From: an uncultured Gammaproteobacteria bacterium
GTDB taxonomy: Bacteria > Patescibacteriota > Microgenomatia > Levybacterales > GWA1-39-11
Length of the DNA stretch: 42,658 bases
NCBI GenBank assembly: GCA_964596415.1
Contig: CAZQSX010000005.1
Coordinates: forward strand, 1-42,658
Reading direction: 5' to 3'
The notes under the pieces are model-generated. The model was not told where the DNA came from. It saw only the letters and a program-made list of their open reading frames with translations, and searched no databases. Shown in pieces: positions 17,261 through 25,938 of the stretch; within the stretch, counting starts at the first letter, position 1, and every line of letters begins with the position of its first letter. The translations under genes were made by a program, and so were the position numbers.

Positions 17261-18315
17261 TATGTTTTGGTAAGATTCATCATGTGCTTTAAAAGAAACA
17301 AAACTTTATTTTCATAAGCACTAAGACCCTTCACATTTTTATGAAGTCTTTTCTTTATTTTACTACGCACATTTGAAAGTACTAATCCTTTTGTATACCC
17401 TTCTATAATATATGGATGAATGTAGTATTTTCTGCATGTATCAGGCTTATTTCTTAAGTGAGAGGCGACTTTTATGACTGTTTCAGTAACTGTTTTTTTA
17501 ACTTTTTCTTCATCAGTTTCAATATTGTTTTTATCAAGGATTGTAGCTGCAAGAAGCGTTCCGCCCCAGGTTCTAAAATCCTTAGCAGTGACCTCGCTTC
17601 CTGTTATTTCTTGGAGGTATATATTTACGTCTTGAGAAGAGATCGTTTGAATTTGTTTTTCTTCATCATAATATCTAAATAAATCTTGTCCAGGAATCTC
17701 TCTACATCTTCTTACAATATTTGCCACTTTCTTATTTCTAATGGAAACTGAATGAACTATTCCGCTTTTTCCGACAAACTGAAACATGATTCTGTATTTT
17801 TTGCCTATTTTTGCATGTCTATTCTTAAGCGTTGTAAGTCCGTAGGATTTATTATCCTGGGCATATTCTTCATTTCCAATCCTAATCAATGTGTTTTCCA
17901 AAAGCCAAACAACCGCAGCGATAACTTTTTGACGCGGCATGCCAGATGCTTTTAGGTGCGTTTTTGTAGAGGTTCTGATTTTTGGTAGATGAGATGCAAA
18001 TTCTATGATGTGACTGAATTTTTCTTCAGATGTGATTTTATTCCATAACGCATGATATCTGTATTGTTTTCTTTTGCGACTGTCAAATCCTGTTGCTTGC
18101 ATATGACCATTTGCATTTGGATTGATCCAAACATTGGTGTATGCCGGTGGAATTGCAAGTTTATTAATTCTGTTAATAATTGCCGTATCAATAATTTTTT
18201 TACCATTCGTATCAAAGTATTGAAATGATTTTCCTATTCTTTTCCTTGTGTAGCCAGGCTTATCATCCGTTGAGTATCTTAGTTTTACAGCTTCTAACAA
18301 TTCAATTGCACTCAT
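17260..18315 (-). CDS. DNA topoisomerase IB (poxvirus-like bacterial type)
   Basis: RIGNEEYAQDNKSYGLTTLKNRH, FVGKSG, AKDFRTWGGT and CRKYYIHP (catalytic Tyr). Start taken at ATG 18315 (MSAIELLEAVKLRYSTDDKPGY). The longer ORF to 18432 would overlap the divergent DUF2207 gene. Confidence 0.88.
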   Translation of the reverse strand: MSAIELLEAVKLRYSTDDKPGYTRKRIGKSFQYFDTNGKKIIDTAIINRINKLAIPPAYTNVWINPNANGHMQATGFDSRKRKQYRYHALWNKITSEEKFSHIIEFASHLPKIRTSTKTHLKASGMPRQKVIAAVVWLLENTLIRIGNEEYAQDNKSYGLTTLKNRHAKIGKKYRIMFQFVGKSGIVHSVSIRNKKVANIVRRCREIPGQDLFRYYDEEKQIQTISSQDVNIYLQEITGSEVTAKDFRTWGGTLLAATILDKNNIETDEEKVKKTVTETVIKVASHLRNKPDTCRKYYIHPYIIEGYTKGLVLSNVRSKIKKRLHKNVKGLSAYENKVLFLLKHMMNLTKT

Positions 18316-18358
18316 ATTTCTACTATGACATATTCTTTGTGCGTAGTACAATAAGAAT

Positions 18359-20107
18359 ATGAGGTTTTTATTTTTAGTAACAATATCACTTTTTGCATTT
18401 TTTTTTACACCAAAAGTTTTGGCGCAAGACACTGGGTGGATAATTAATTCTTATGAATCACAGATGCATGTTTTAGAAAGTGGTTCGGTTGAGGTAGAGG
18501 AGCACATAGCAGTAGACTACAACACATTGCAAAAGCATGGAATTTTTAAAGATATTCCTTATGTGTATGATTTGAATGGCGAGAAATATTATACAACGGT
18601 TCAAGTGGATGAGGTAATTCGTGATGGAGAAGATGAAAATTACACTTCATATAAAAGTGGAAATAATATTCAGGTAAAGATAGGGGATCCTGACAAGACA
18701 ATTTCTGGTAAACATAATTACTCGATCAAATATATTGTTCAAGGAGTTATTTTACCATATGCTCAATTCGATGAATTTTATTGGAATGTAACAGGCGAAT
18801 GGCCTGTTCCTATAGAGAATGTGCATGCTTTCGTAAATCTTCCGAAGGATTCAATTCTTCAGACTTCTTGCTATGTAGGTTATTCAGGATCAACAGAAAC
18901 ATGTAAATCGGACATATCTTCAAAAAGCGCTTTTTTCTCAACAACACAATTAGAGCCCAATGAGCAAATGACTGTGGCGGTGGGATTTGAGAAAGGAACA
19001 GTTCCCATTATTGTAATACCCAAACCTAAAACGGTTCTCGAGCAAATAATGGAACCATTTAATATTGGATTATTTTTATTCCCGATTTTAGGTGGATTTG
19101 CATTTATCTTGCATCACTGGTATAGAAATGGACGGGATCTTTGGAGCAGAGGCAAGCATCTATTTGATCCTCATGCAAAAGAGGAAGTTAAGCCAATTGG
19201 ATCTCATGATCAGATTGTGGTGGAGTATACGCCCCCTGATAAGCTCAGACCAGCAGAGCTTGGGGTTTTAATGGATGAACAGGCAGACACACTGGATGTT
19301 ACAGCAACTATTATTGACCTTGCTGCGCGTGGATACTTTACCATAGTTGAGATTCCAAAAAAGTGGATATTTGGAAATGTAGATTATCAGTTGAATAAGA
19401 AAAAGGATGCAGATTCTCAGCTTCTTTCTTACGAAAAAACACTTATGAATAAAATATTTGGTGATTTAAAAATGATTAAAACATCAGAGCTAAAAAATAA
19501 ATTTTATACAGATCTTTCAAGGGTAAAAAAAGAACTGTACTCTCACGTTGTAGAAAACAAACTATTTCCCTCTGATCCTGAGAAAGTGAGAGGAAAGTAT
19601 TTACTTATTGGTATAGTTCTTCTGATAGGAAGTCTTTTGGGAATTATTTTCATCCAGATAATTTCCTTGCAAATGTTTTTGGCAGGGAATATTATTTTTT
19701 CTTTGTTTGTTGTTATTTTTTCAAGGAGTATGCCAAGACGAACTGCTTATGGACAGGAGCTGTACAGAAGGGCAAAAGGATACTATGAATTTATATCTCA
19801 TGTTGAAAAATATAGACAGCAGTTTTTTGAACGAAAAAATATGCTAAACGAAGTACTTCCTTACGCAATAGTATTTGGATTGACGGGAAAATTTGCACAA
19901 GCCTTAAAGGATATGGGGATAAAACCTGAACAACCATCGTGGTATGTGGGACATACCGCTTTTAGCTTGACAAGTTTTGAAAAAAATGTGAATACGTTCT
20001 CCTCTTCTTTATCTTCTGCTATTTCATCTGCCCCAAGATCGAGCGGTTCATCTGGTGGTGGATTTTCAGGTGGGGGTTTTGGTGGTGGGGGTGGTGGAAG
20101 CTGGTAG
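18359..20107 (+). CDS. DUF2207-like membrane protein
   Basis: 582 aa. Signal peptide, large extracytoplasmic domain, TM helices, Gly-rich tail GGGFSGGGFGGGGGGSW. TACAAT (18347-18352) lies 6 nt before the ATG. Confidence 0.7.
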   Translation: MRFLFLVTISLFAFFFTPKVLAQDTGWIINSYESQMHVLESGSVEVEEHIAVDYNTLQKHGIFKDIPYVYDLNGEKYYTTVQVDEVIRDGEDENYTSYKSGNNIQVKIGDPDKTISGKHNYSIKYIVQGVILPYAQFDEFYWNVTGEWPVPIENVHAFVNLPKDSILQTSCYVGYSGSTETCKSDISSKSAFFSTTQLEPNEQMTVAVGFEKGTVPIIVIPKPKTVLEQIMEPFNIGLFLFPILGGFAFILHHWYRNGRDLWSRGKHLFDPHAKEEVKPIGSHDQIVVEYTPPDKLRPAELGVLMDEQADTLDVTATIIDLAARGYFTIVEIPKKWIFGNVDYQLNKKKDADSQLLSYEKTLMNKIFGDLKMIKTSELKNKFYTDLSRVKKELYSHVVENKLFPSDPEKVRGKYLLIGIVLLIGSLLGIIFIQIISLQMFLAGNIIFSLFVVIFSRSMPRRTAYGQELYRRAKGYYEFISHVEKYRQQFFERKNMLNEVLPYAIVFGLTGKFAQALKDMGIKPEQPSWYVGHTAFSLTSFEKNVNTFSSSLSSAISSAPRSSGSSGGGFSGGGFGGGGGGSW

Positions 20108-20116
20108 GAAAAAGCT

Positions 20117-21196
20117 TTATTTTTCTTTTTTTACCTCTTGGAAGAAGTAAGCTGCAATAATGGTAGTAATTGGTACAGCGAGAATAAGTCCTATTGATCC
20201 AACAAGCATTTTTACAATTTCCGAAGCGATAATTTCATAATTGATAACCTCTGAAAATGATTTGTTTGAATAGGTAAAGAGTAAAAGAAGCGGAAGACTT
20301 GCGCCTGTATATACTAAAACAAGCGTGTTTATAACTGAAGCTATATGGTCTCGTCCTACATTCATCCCTCTTTTAAAAAGGTCTTTAAACATAAGTTTTT
20401 CATTGGCGCGTTTTAATTCTTGAACGAGGCTTGCTTGAGCAATGGTTACATCATCCAAAACACCAAGGGACGCTATGATAATGCCTGCAAGTAAAATTCC
20501 TTGGAGGTTGATATTTTTCCCAATTTCAGCAACTAAGAATGTTGATTCCTCAGATGCTGTTCCGCTTAAGCTTGAAAAATGAACAAATACATATGATAGA
20601 ATTCCAGTTATAATAAGGGCAGTGATTGTTGAAATTATTGAATTGATTGTTTTTGCGTTCAAGCCGTGAGACAGGATAAATGTGATAGGAATGATGATTG
20701 TTGCACCAATAATTGCAGTAAGTACCGGATTTTGCCCCATAATAATCTGCGGCAGTATATAGGTAAAAATAACAAGAAATGATGCCGCCATTGCCAGAAG
20801 TGAAAGTGCACCTTGTTTTCTTCCCATAACAAGTGCGAGTAAAATAAAAAGTCCAAATAATATGTATAGTGATGGTCTTCTGATCTTATCTGCTATATAG
20901 TAAAACTCTTTTCCCAAAGCATCTTTTGTGCTTATGATGAGAAGCTCATCTCCTGCTTTATAGCTTTCTTTTTTTGACTGTTCTAATACTTGCGAATCTA
21001 TCTTTATAGTTTTTCCTTTTATTTCTCCTTTTGTAATAATAACTTCAATTCTTTGTACATTTTCATCTTCTTTTTGTACGGCAACTACTTTTCCCTCAAG
21101 TGTTTCCTGGATGGGTGGGGTTTGGGCGAAGGTGGGAGAAGAGAATAGAAAATAGAGAATAGGAATAAGAAAAAGACTGAAGAACAATTTTTTCAT
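20117..21196 (-). CDS. YibE/F family membrane protein
   Basis: GMNVGRDHIASVINTLVLVYTGASLPLLLL and LAGIIIASLGVLDDVTIAQAS. Start at ATG 21196 (MKKLFFSLF signal peptide), with TGATAAAAT 7 nt upstream. The ORF track extends to TTG 21289. Confidence 0.8.
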   Translation of the reverse strand: MKKLFFSLFLIPILYFLFSSPTFAQTPPIQETLEGKVVAVQKEDENVQRIEVIITKGEIKGKTIKIDSQVLEQSKKESYKAGDELLIISTKDALGKEFYYIADKIRRPSLYILFGLFILLALVMGRKQGALSLLAMAASFLVIFTYILPQIIMGQNPVLTAIIGATIIIPITFILSHGLNAKTINSIISTITALIITGILSYVFVHFSSLSGTASEESTFLVAEIGKNINLQGILLAGIIIASLGVLDDVTIAQASLVQELKRANEKLMFKDLFKRGMNVGRDHIASVINTLVLVYTGASLPLLLLFTYSNKSFSEVINYEIIASEIVKMLVGSIGLILAVPITTIIAAYFFQEVKKEK

Positions 21197-21255
21197 GCAT
21201 ACTATTTTATCAGATAACTTGCCTTGTGACCTACCCTTTTGTATAGTTAATATAT

Positions 21256-22107
21256 ATGAAAATTCCTGGTAGAGTAACGATTCTTTCAATTGTATTACTT
21301 CTTTTTGCGTTCACTTTTCTAAAACCGTTTGATAAGGCTTCAGACATTCAAAAAGAAGATGGTAATGTTCAGGGAGTTTCAACTGAAAATATTCAGGCAG
21401 ATCAGGTAAAAGAAGTTATTGACGGAGATACATTTACTTTAGGAAATGGTCAAAAAGTGAGACTTATTGGGATAAATACCCCTGAGCGTGGACAGCCCTA
21501 TTATGATGAAGCAAAATCTCACCTAGAATCAATCCTTTCATCAAGAATCGTTAAGCTTATGACAGATGCAAAGGTACAAGATGAATACGGAAGAATTCTC
21601 GCCTATGCGTATTCCGATTCTGACTTAGATATAAATTTAGATATGATAAAAAAAGGACTTGCTGTAGCTGAAACTATTTCGCCAAATGTTTCACGTTCGG
21701 ATATTTTTTCAAAAGCCCAAATTGAAGCAAGAAATAACTGTTTAGGTATATGGGAGGGTTTATGTGGTGATGAAGGGCTTTGTGTTCAAATTTCAGAAAT
21801 TCACGCAAAGTCTAATGATCATACAAAAAATGGTGAATGGATTGAGCTATCTAACACATGCGCATCAGATATCAATCTAAATGGATATTTACTCAAAGAT
21901 AATAGTGCTTCAAATTCATACACTTTTAAAAGTAGAATACTAGGTTCTAAAAAATCACTGAGATTATTCACTGGATGCGGAGTAGATAATGAAGACTTTT
22001 CATATTGGACTTGTCCTGAGCAGCAGAATTTTATCTGGAATGATACGGGCGATAGGGCATATCTTTACAACTCAAATAGTACGCTTGTTTCTGAACTTGG
22101 ATACTGA
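21256..22107 (+). CDS. secreted staphylococcal-nuclease-like nuclease fused to a lamin-tail domain
   Basis: 283 aa with an N-terminal signal anchor. DGDTFTL...VRLIGINTPE is the SNase core. The C-terminal NGEWIELSN...LNGYLLKD is LTD-like. Confidence 0.75.
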   Translation: MKIPGRVTILSIVLLLFAFTFLKPFDKASDIQKEDGNVQGVSTENIQADQVKEVIDGDTFTLGNGQKVRLIGINTPERGQPYYDEAKSHLESILSSRIVKLMTDAKVQDEYGRILAYAYSDSDLDINLDMIKKGLAVAETISPNVSRSDIFSKAQIEARNNCLGIWEGLCGDEGLCVQISEIHAKSNDHTKNGEWIELSNTCASDINLNGYLLKDNSASNSYTFKSRILGSKKSLRLFTGCGVDNEDFSYWTCPEQQNFIWNDTGDRAYLYNSNSTLVSELGY

Positions 22108-22145
22108 ATTTTAGAAGAAACCTTGAAATGCTTTACTATAAGTTA

Positions 22146-22179
22146 TTGACAGTTAGCACATAATTTGCTAGACTGCTAA
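22146..22179 (+). promoter_or_regulatory. lon promoter (TTGACA-17-TAGACT) overlapped by a CIRCE-like inverted repeat
   Basis: TTGACA at 22146-22151 and TAGACT at 22169-22174. TTAGCACAT-N9-GACTGCTAA (22153-22179) matches 15 of 18 arm positions of the CIRCE consensus TTAGCACTC-N9-GAGTGCTAA. Confidence 0.45.
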
Positions 22180-22186
22180 AAACAAA

Positions 22187-24583
22187 ATGACTGACCCTAA
22201 AATTACCGAAAAACTCATCCCAGTAATACCTATAAGAGACGGAATTGTGTTTCCCCATACAGAATCAATTCTTACCTTTGGTAGACCAAAAAGCCTAGCC
22301 GCTTTAGAATCCTCATTTGCAGGAGAGCGAATTGTTTGTTTTGTGCTTCAGAAAAACCCCAGACAAAATGATCCTGACGTAGAGGATTTATATACAACCG
22401 GAACAGTTGCTCATATTCAGAAAATGATTAGAGCAGAAGGTGAGCTAAACGCTTTAGTAAAAGGAATAACTCGGGCAAAAATACTTGAATACCAAGATCA
22501 TGGTAATTATTTTCTTGCAAAAATTGAAGAAATAGAAGAAGAACCAGTTGAGACAGCAGAAGTGAAAGCACTTACAAATCACTTAACCACAGAGTTTAAA
22601 AAAGCACTAGGACTTGGAAAACAGGCAGACTTTTTAGTGTTTATGAATATTATGAGTCCGATTGCAGCAACAGAACTTGCAGATCAAATAGCTTCTACAT
22701 TAGATATTAAAGGTTCAGAGCGACAAGAGATTCTGGAGATGGTTGATGTAAAGAAACGTTTAGAGCTTGTTTCAAGTTTTTTATCAAGAGAAGTAAAAGT
22801 TTTAGAGCTTGAAAAAAAGATTGCGAATAAAACACAGGAAACATTTGAAAAAAGTGCAAAAGAGGCACTTTTAAGAGAACGACTTAAAACAATTCAAAAA
22901 GAATTAGATGATACTGATGAGGGGGGTGAGTTTAAGGAGCTTGCAGATAAGATAAAGGTTGCTGGTATGCCAAAAGAAGTTGAAGAAAAAGCAAAAAAAG
23001 AGCTTAAAAAACTCCAACAAACAACTCCTTATAACCCAGAAGCAGGATATATAAGAAACTACTTAGAAACATTAGTTTCACTTCCATGGAATAAAAAAAC
23101 AAAAACAACGATAGATCTAAAAGCAGCTGAGAAGATTTTAGATCAAGAACATTATGGACTTAAAAAAGCTAAAGAGCGTGTTATTGAATACCTTGCGGTT
23201 CATAAATTATCTGGAAAAATGAAGGGACCAATTCTTTGTTTCTCAGGACCTCCAGGGGTTGGTAAAACATCAATAGGCAAGTCAATTGCAAAAGCGTTAG
23301 GGCGAAAGTTTGTGAAGGTTTCACTTGGAGGAATTCGTGATGAAGCAGAAATCAGAGGTCATAGAAGAACTTATGTAGGCGCACTTCCTGGAAGAATTAT
23401 TCAAGGGATTAAAGATGCAGATTCAAAAAACCCAGTATTTATGATTGATGAAATAGATAAAGTGGGCGCGGATTACAGAGGTGATCCATCAGCGGCACTT
23501 CTTGAAGCGCTTGATCCAGAGCAGAATAATGCTTTTTCTGACCATTACTTAGATGCTCCATTTGACTTGTCTGACGTTATGTTTATTACAACAGCAAACG
23601 TTTTAGATACAATTCCTCCAGCATTAAGAGATAGGCTTGAAATCATTCATTTTTCAGGATACACAGAGCATGAGAAATTTGAGATTGGGAAAGAGTTTTT
23701 AATTAAAAAACTTCTTGAATCTCATGGGCTGAAAAAAGAAAATGTAGAGCTTGAAGATGGCTCACTTAAATACGTTATCAGACGTTATACAAGAGAAGCA
23801 GGAGTTAGATCTCTTGAGCGTGAACTTTCATCAGTTCTTCGAAAAGTTGCAAAAACAGTTGCTGAAGGTAAAAAAGATAAAACTACTATTCGTGCAAAAG
23901 ATGTGCAGAAGCTTTTAGGACCCGAAAAATATTCAGATACCATTGCAGAGAAAAAAGATGAGGTGGGAATGAGCACAGGTCTTGCATGGACGTCTGTGGG
24001 GGGAGACATACTGTTTATAGAAGTTGCGCTTATGGCAGGAAAAGGAACACTCACTTTAACAGGACAATTAGGTGATGTTATGAAGGAATCTATGCAAGCT
24101 GCCATGTCATATATTAGATCAAGAGCAACGAAACTTGGATTAAGAGATAATTTCTTTAAAAATATAGATGTACATATTCATGTTCCAGAAGGCGGTGTTC
24201 CAAAAGATGGACCATCTGCGGGTGCTGCAATTACAACAGCGCTCGTTTCTGCATTTACAAAAATTCCGGTAAATCATTTGGTGGGAATGACGGGTGAAGT
24301 AACGCTTAGAGGTAGAGTTCTTGAAATAGGAGGAGTAAAAGAAAAAGTTATTGCTGCTCACAGGGCAGGTCTTAGAACGGTACTGCTTCCTAAGGAAAAT
24401 AGAAAAGACTTAGAAGATGTGCCAAAAGAAGTAATGCATGATATGAGGTTCATATTTGTATCACATATGGATGAAGTGTTAAAGGTTGCACTCACTAAAA
24501 AACTTCCAGGATTCGTAGAGGTGAAAGGTGAAAAAGAAGTACGGGATAATTTAACACCACTTACCCCAACCCCTGCAGAGTAA
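22187..24583 (+). CDS. lon: ATP-dependent Lon protease (LonA)
   Basis: 798 aa. N-terminal LON domain, Walker A GPPGVGKTS, catalytic PKDGPSAG and the downstream Lys (KEKVIAAHRAG). Confidence 0.95.
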   Translation: MTDPKITEKLIPVIPIRDGIVFPHTESILTFGRPKSLAALESSFAGERIVCFVLQKNPRQNDPDVEDLYTTGTVAHIQKMIRAEGELNALVKGITRAKILEYQDHGNYFLAKIEEIEEEPVETAEVKALTNHLTTEFKKALGLGKQADFLVFMNIMSPIAATELADQIASTLDIKGSERQEILEMVDVKKRLELVSSFLSREVKVLELEKKIANKTQETFEKSAKEALLRERLKTIQKELDDTDEGGEFKELADKIKVAGMPKEVEEKAKKELKKLQQTTPYNPEAGYIRNYLETLVSLPWNKKTKTTIDLKAAEKILDQEHYGLKKAKERVIEYLAVHKLSGKMKGPILCFSGPPGVGKTSIGKSIAKALGRKFVKVSLGGIRDEAEIRGHRRTYVGALPGRIIQGIKDADSKNPVFMIDEIDKVGADYRGDPSAALLEALDPEQNNAFSDHYLDAPFDLSDVMFITTANVLDTIPPALRDRLEIIHFSGYTEHEKFEIGKEFLIKKLLESHGLKKENVELEDGSLKYVIRRYTREAGVRSLERELSSVLRKVAKTVAEGKKDKTTIRAKDVQKLLGPEKYSDTIAEKKDEVGMSTGLAWTSVGGDILFIEVALMAGKGTLTLTGQLGDVMKESMQAAMSYIRSRATKLGLRDNFFKNIDVHIHVPEGGVPKDGPSAGAAITTALVSAFTKIPVNHLVGMTGEVTLRGRVLEIGGVKEKVIAAHRAGLRTVLLPKENRKDLEDVPKEVMHDMRFIFVSHMDEVLKVALTKKLPGFVEVKGEKEVRDNLTPLTPTPAE

Positions 24584-24648
24584 TTAATGAGAGATTAGTT
24601 ATTAGAGAATAGTGAGTAGAAATAAAAAAGAGATTTGCTTCGATTTCC

Positions 24649-24677
24649 TTGTGAGTTAAAGTCATTTTTAGTAAAAT
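24649..24677 (+). promoter_or_regulatory. candidate promoter for tRNA-Glu (TTGTGA-17-TAAAAT)
   Basis: TTGTGA at 24649-24654 and TAAAAT at 24672-24677. The tRNA starts at 24720. Confidence 0.45.
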
Positions 24678-24719
24678 ATACAAGTTCAATTTTTAATTTT
24701 AAATTTAAAATTGAGTCTT

Positions 24720-24791
24720 GGCCCCATCGTCCAGTGGTTAGGACACCAGATTCTCATTCTGGGAACCGGGATTCGACTTCCCGTGGGGTCA
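24720..24791 (+). tRNA. tRNA-Glu (anticodon CUC), no encoded CCA
   Basis: Folded by hand: GGCCCCA TC GTCC AGTGGTTA GGAC A CCAGA TTCTCAT TCTGG GAAC CGGGA TTCGACT TCCCG TGGGGTC A. All four stems pair. Confidence 0.9.
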
Positions 24792-24823
24792 CTATCTTTC
24801 GCTAAAGCTACAGATAGCAAGCT

Positions 24824-25141
24824 ATGTACTATACGTACATCCTCAGAAACAGTAAAACCAACCGATATTATATCGGCTATACTCCAGATTTGAAAAATCG
24901 AATTAACATGCACCTCTCGGGAAAGGTCTTTTCAACAAAATCAAACCTTAATTATAAACTAGAATGGTACTGTGCGTTTCAAACTCGCGAGCAAGCTCTA
25001 GCTTTTGAAAAGTACCTAAAGAGTGGCTCTGGGGTAGCTTTCATGAAGAAGAGATTTTTCAAAGATAATGTAGCTTTAGTGAAGGATAATAATCTTAGCG
25101 GGATTCTTGCTGCTCGAAGCTCTAAAAAGAGCGAAGTGTAG
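24824..25141 (+). CDS. GIY-YIG nuclease family protein
   Basis: 105 aa. The YYTYILRN...RYYIGYTPDLKNRINMH...E pattern matches the GIY-YIG / UPF0213 fold. Confidence 0.8.
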   Translation: MYYTYILRNSKTNRYYIGYTPDLKNRINMHLSGKVFSTKSNLNYKLEWYCAFQTREQALAFEKYLKSGSGVAFMKKRFFKDNVALVKDNNLSGILAARSSKKSEV

Positions 25142-25156
25142 TCCCGTGGGGTCACT
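25142..25156 (+). repeat. distal copy of the tRNA-Glu 3' end (15/15 identical)
   Basis: Direct comparison with 24779-24793. Confidence 0.9.
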
Positions 25157-25255
25157 TGAAGCTAATATATTTTATTCTTTAAAATTCATCAATTTTCTGA
25201 GGCTAAATAATTCGAATACCTTAAACTGTTTTGGGATTTTGATATAATCAAGCCC

Positions 25256-25744
25256 ATGACAGGTGAGATACCACATTTTTCAGAGGGATTTTATCAGCCA
25301 CTCCAATCATTTCCTGATGCACGGAATAAAATTGGACAATTACTAGCTAAACCACCAGGAACAATTACTGATGCTGAGCTTTTTGAAGGAATTGGAGATA
25401 CCCATATGACAGTGGCAACTATGCAGGTTATGTTAAGGGTAGAAGGGGTCCATGGACCGCAAACGCTCGATGATATAAAATGTCTAGATTTTAAAACTCC
25501 AAATGGATTGATAGGTACAGGTTTCTTTGTAAGAGATGGGGAACAGTACGCATACATTGATTTAGATGACTACACTCTCCACTTTTTCCGAGATAGAGGT
25601 GGTAGAGTATCCGTGCTGCACACTGACGATGAACAGGATGATGACCCTGGTCATAATATAGCACTTGACGCCGCCGAAAGAAGAAGAATTATGGAAGAAC
25701 TTATGAATTGTCTAGAATTTAGAAGCATATCTAGGATTGCCTAG
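25256..25744 (+). CDS. hypothetical protein (162 aa), acidic, visibly more GC-rich than its surroundings
   Basis: TGATATAAT (25240-25248) lies 7 nt before the ATG. No family recognised. Confidence 0.6.
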   Translation: MTGEIPHFSEGFYQPLQSFPDARNKIGQLLAKPPGTITDAELFEGIGDTHMTVATMQVMLRVEGVHGPQTLDDIKCLDFKTPNGLIGTGFFVRDGEQYAYIDLDDYTLHFFRDRGGRVSVLHTDDEQDDDPGHNIALDAAERRRIMEELMNCLEFRSISRIA

Positions 25745-25865
25745 AGATAGACTCATCATCCAGAGAGTTCTAATACCATAAAGGGGAGGATTACGCAGAA
25801 AGATATAGCCTCGAGGTTTGCTCACCAAACATTTGGTACATCTTAATAAGTTCAGGGATTACTTT

Positions 25866-25892
25866 ATTCCGTGCCGTCACACGTTGGGTCAC
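25866..25892 (+). repeat. degenerate tRNA-Glu 3'-end copy with a 12-nt insert (core A)
   Basis: ATTCCGTG-CCGTCACACGTT-GGGTCAC. Removing the insert gives TTCCGTGGGGTCAC. The preceding CAGGGATTACTTTATTCC resembles the T arm CCGGGATTCGACTTCCC. Confidence 0.6.
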
Positions 25893-25938
25893 TAAGTTCA
25901 AATTCGGTTACCCAAACCGCATAAGCTCGGAACTAAGA

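Larger units (their letters stand above)
24794..25156 (+). mobile_element. 363-bp GIY-YIG gene segment bounded by a perfect 15-nt duplication of the tRNA-Glu 3' end
   Basis: TCCCGTGGGGTCACT occurs at 24779-24793 (T-stem 3' strand, acceptor 3' strand, discriminator, plus 2 nt) and again at 25142-25156, directly after the ORF stop. Confidence 0.6.

Noticed and set aside
13828-18358. Prophage or integrative element with its own integrase at the tRNA-Gln locus
   Set aside because: No tyrosine or serine recombinase, capsid, terminase or transposase motif is visible, and I found no second copy of the 32-nt repeat near 18.3 kb. The topoisomerase IB is noted as a separate finding rather than called an integrase.
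24695-24712. 18-nt perfect palindrome AATTTTAAATTTAAAATT just upstream of tRNA-Glu
   Set aside because: It consists only of A and T in an AT-rich spacer. Such palindromes are expected by chance, and there is no second copy or flanking signal.
24686-24913. ORFs 24686..24913 (-) and 24711..24893 (+) across tRNA-Glu
   Set aside because: They overlap a well-folding tRNA and the start of the GIY-YIG gene, and they have no start signals.
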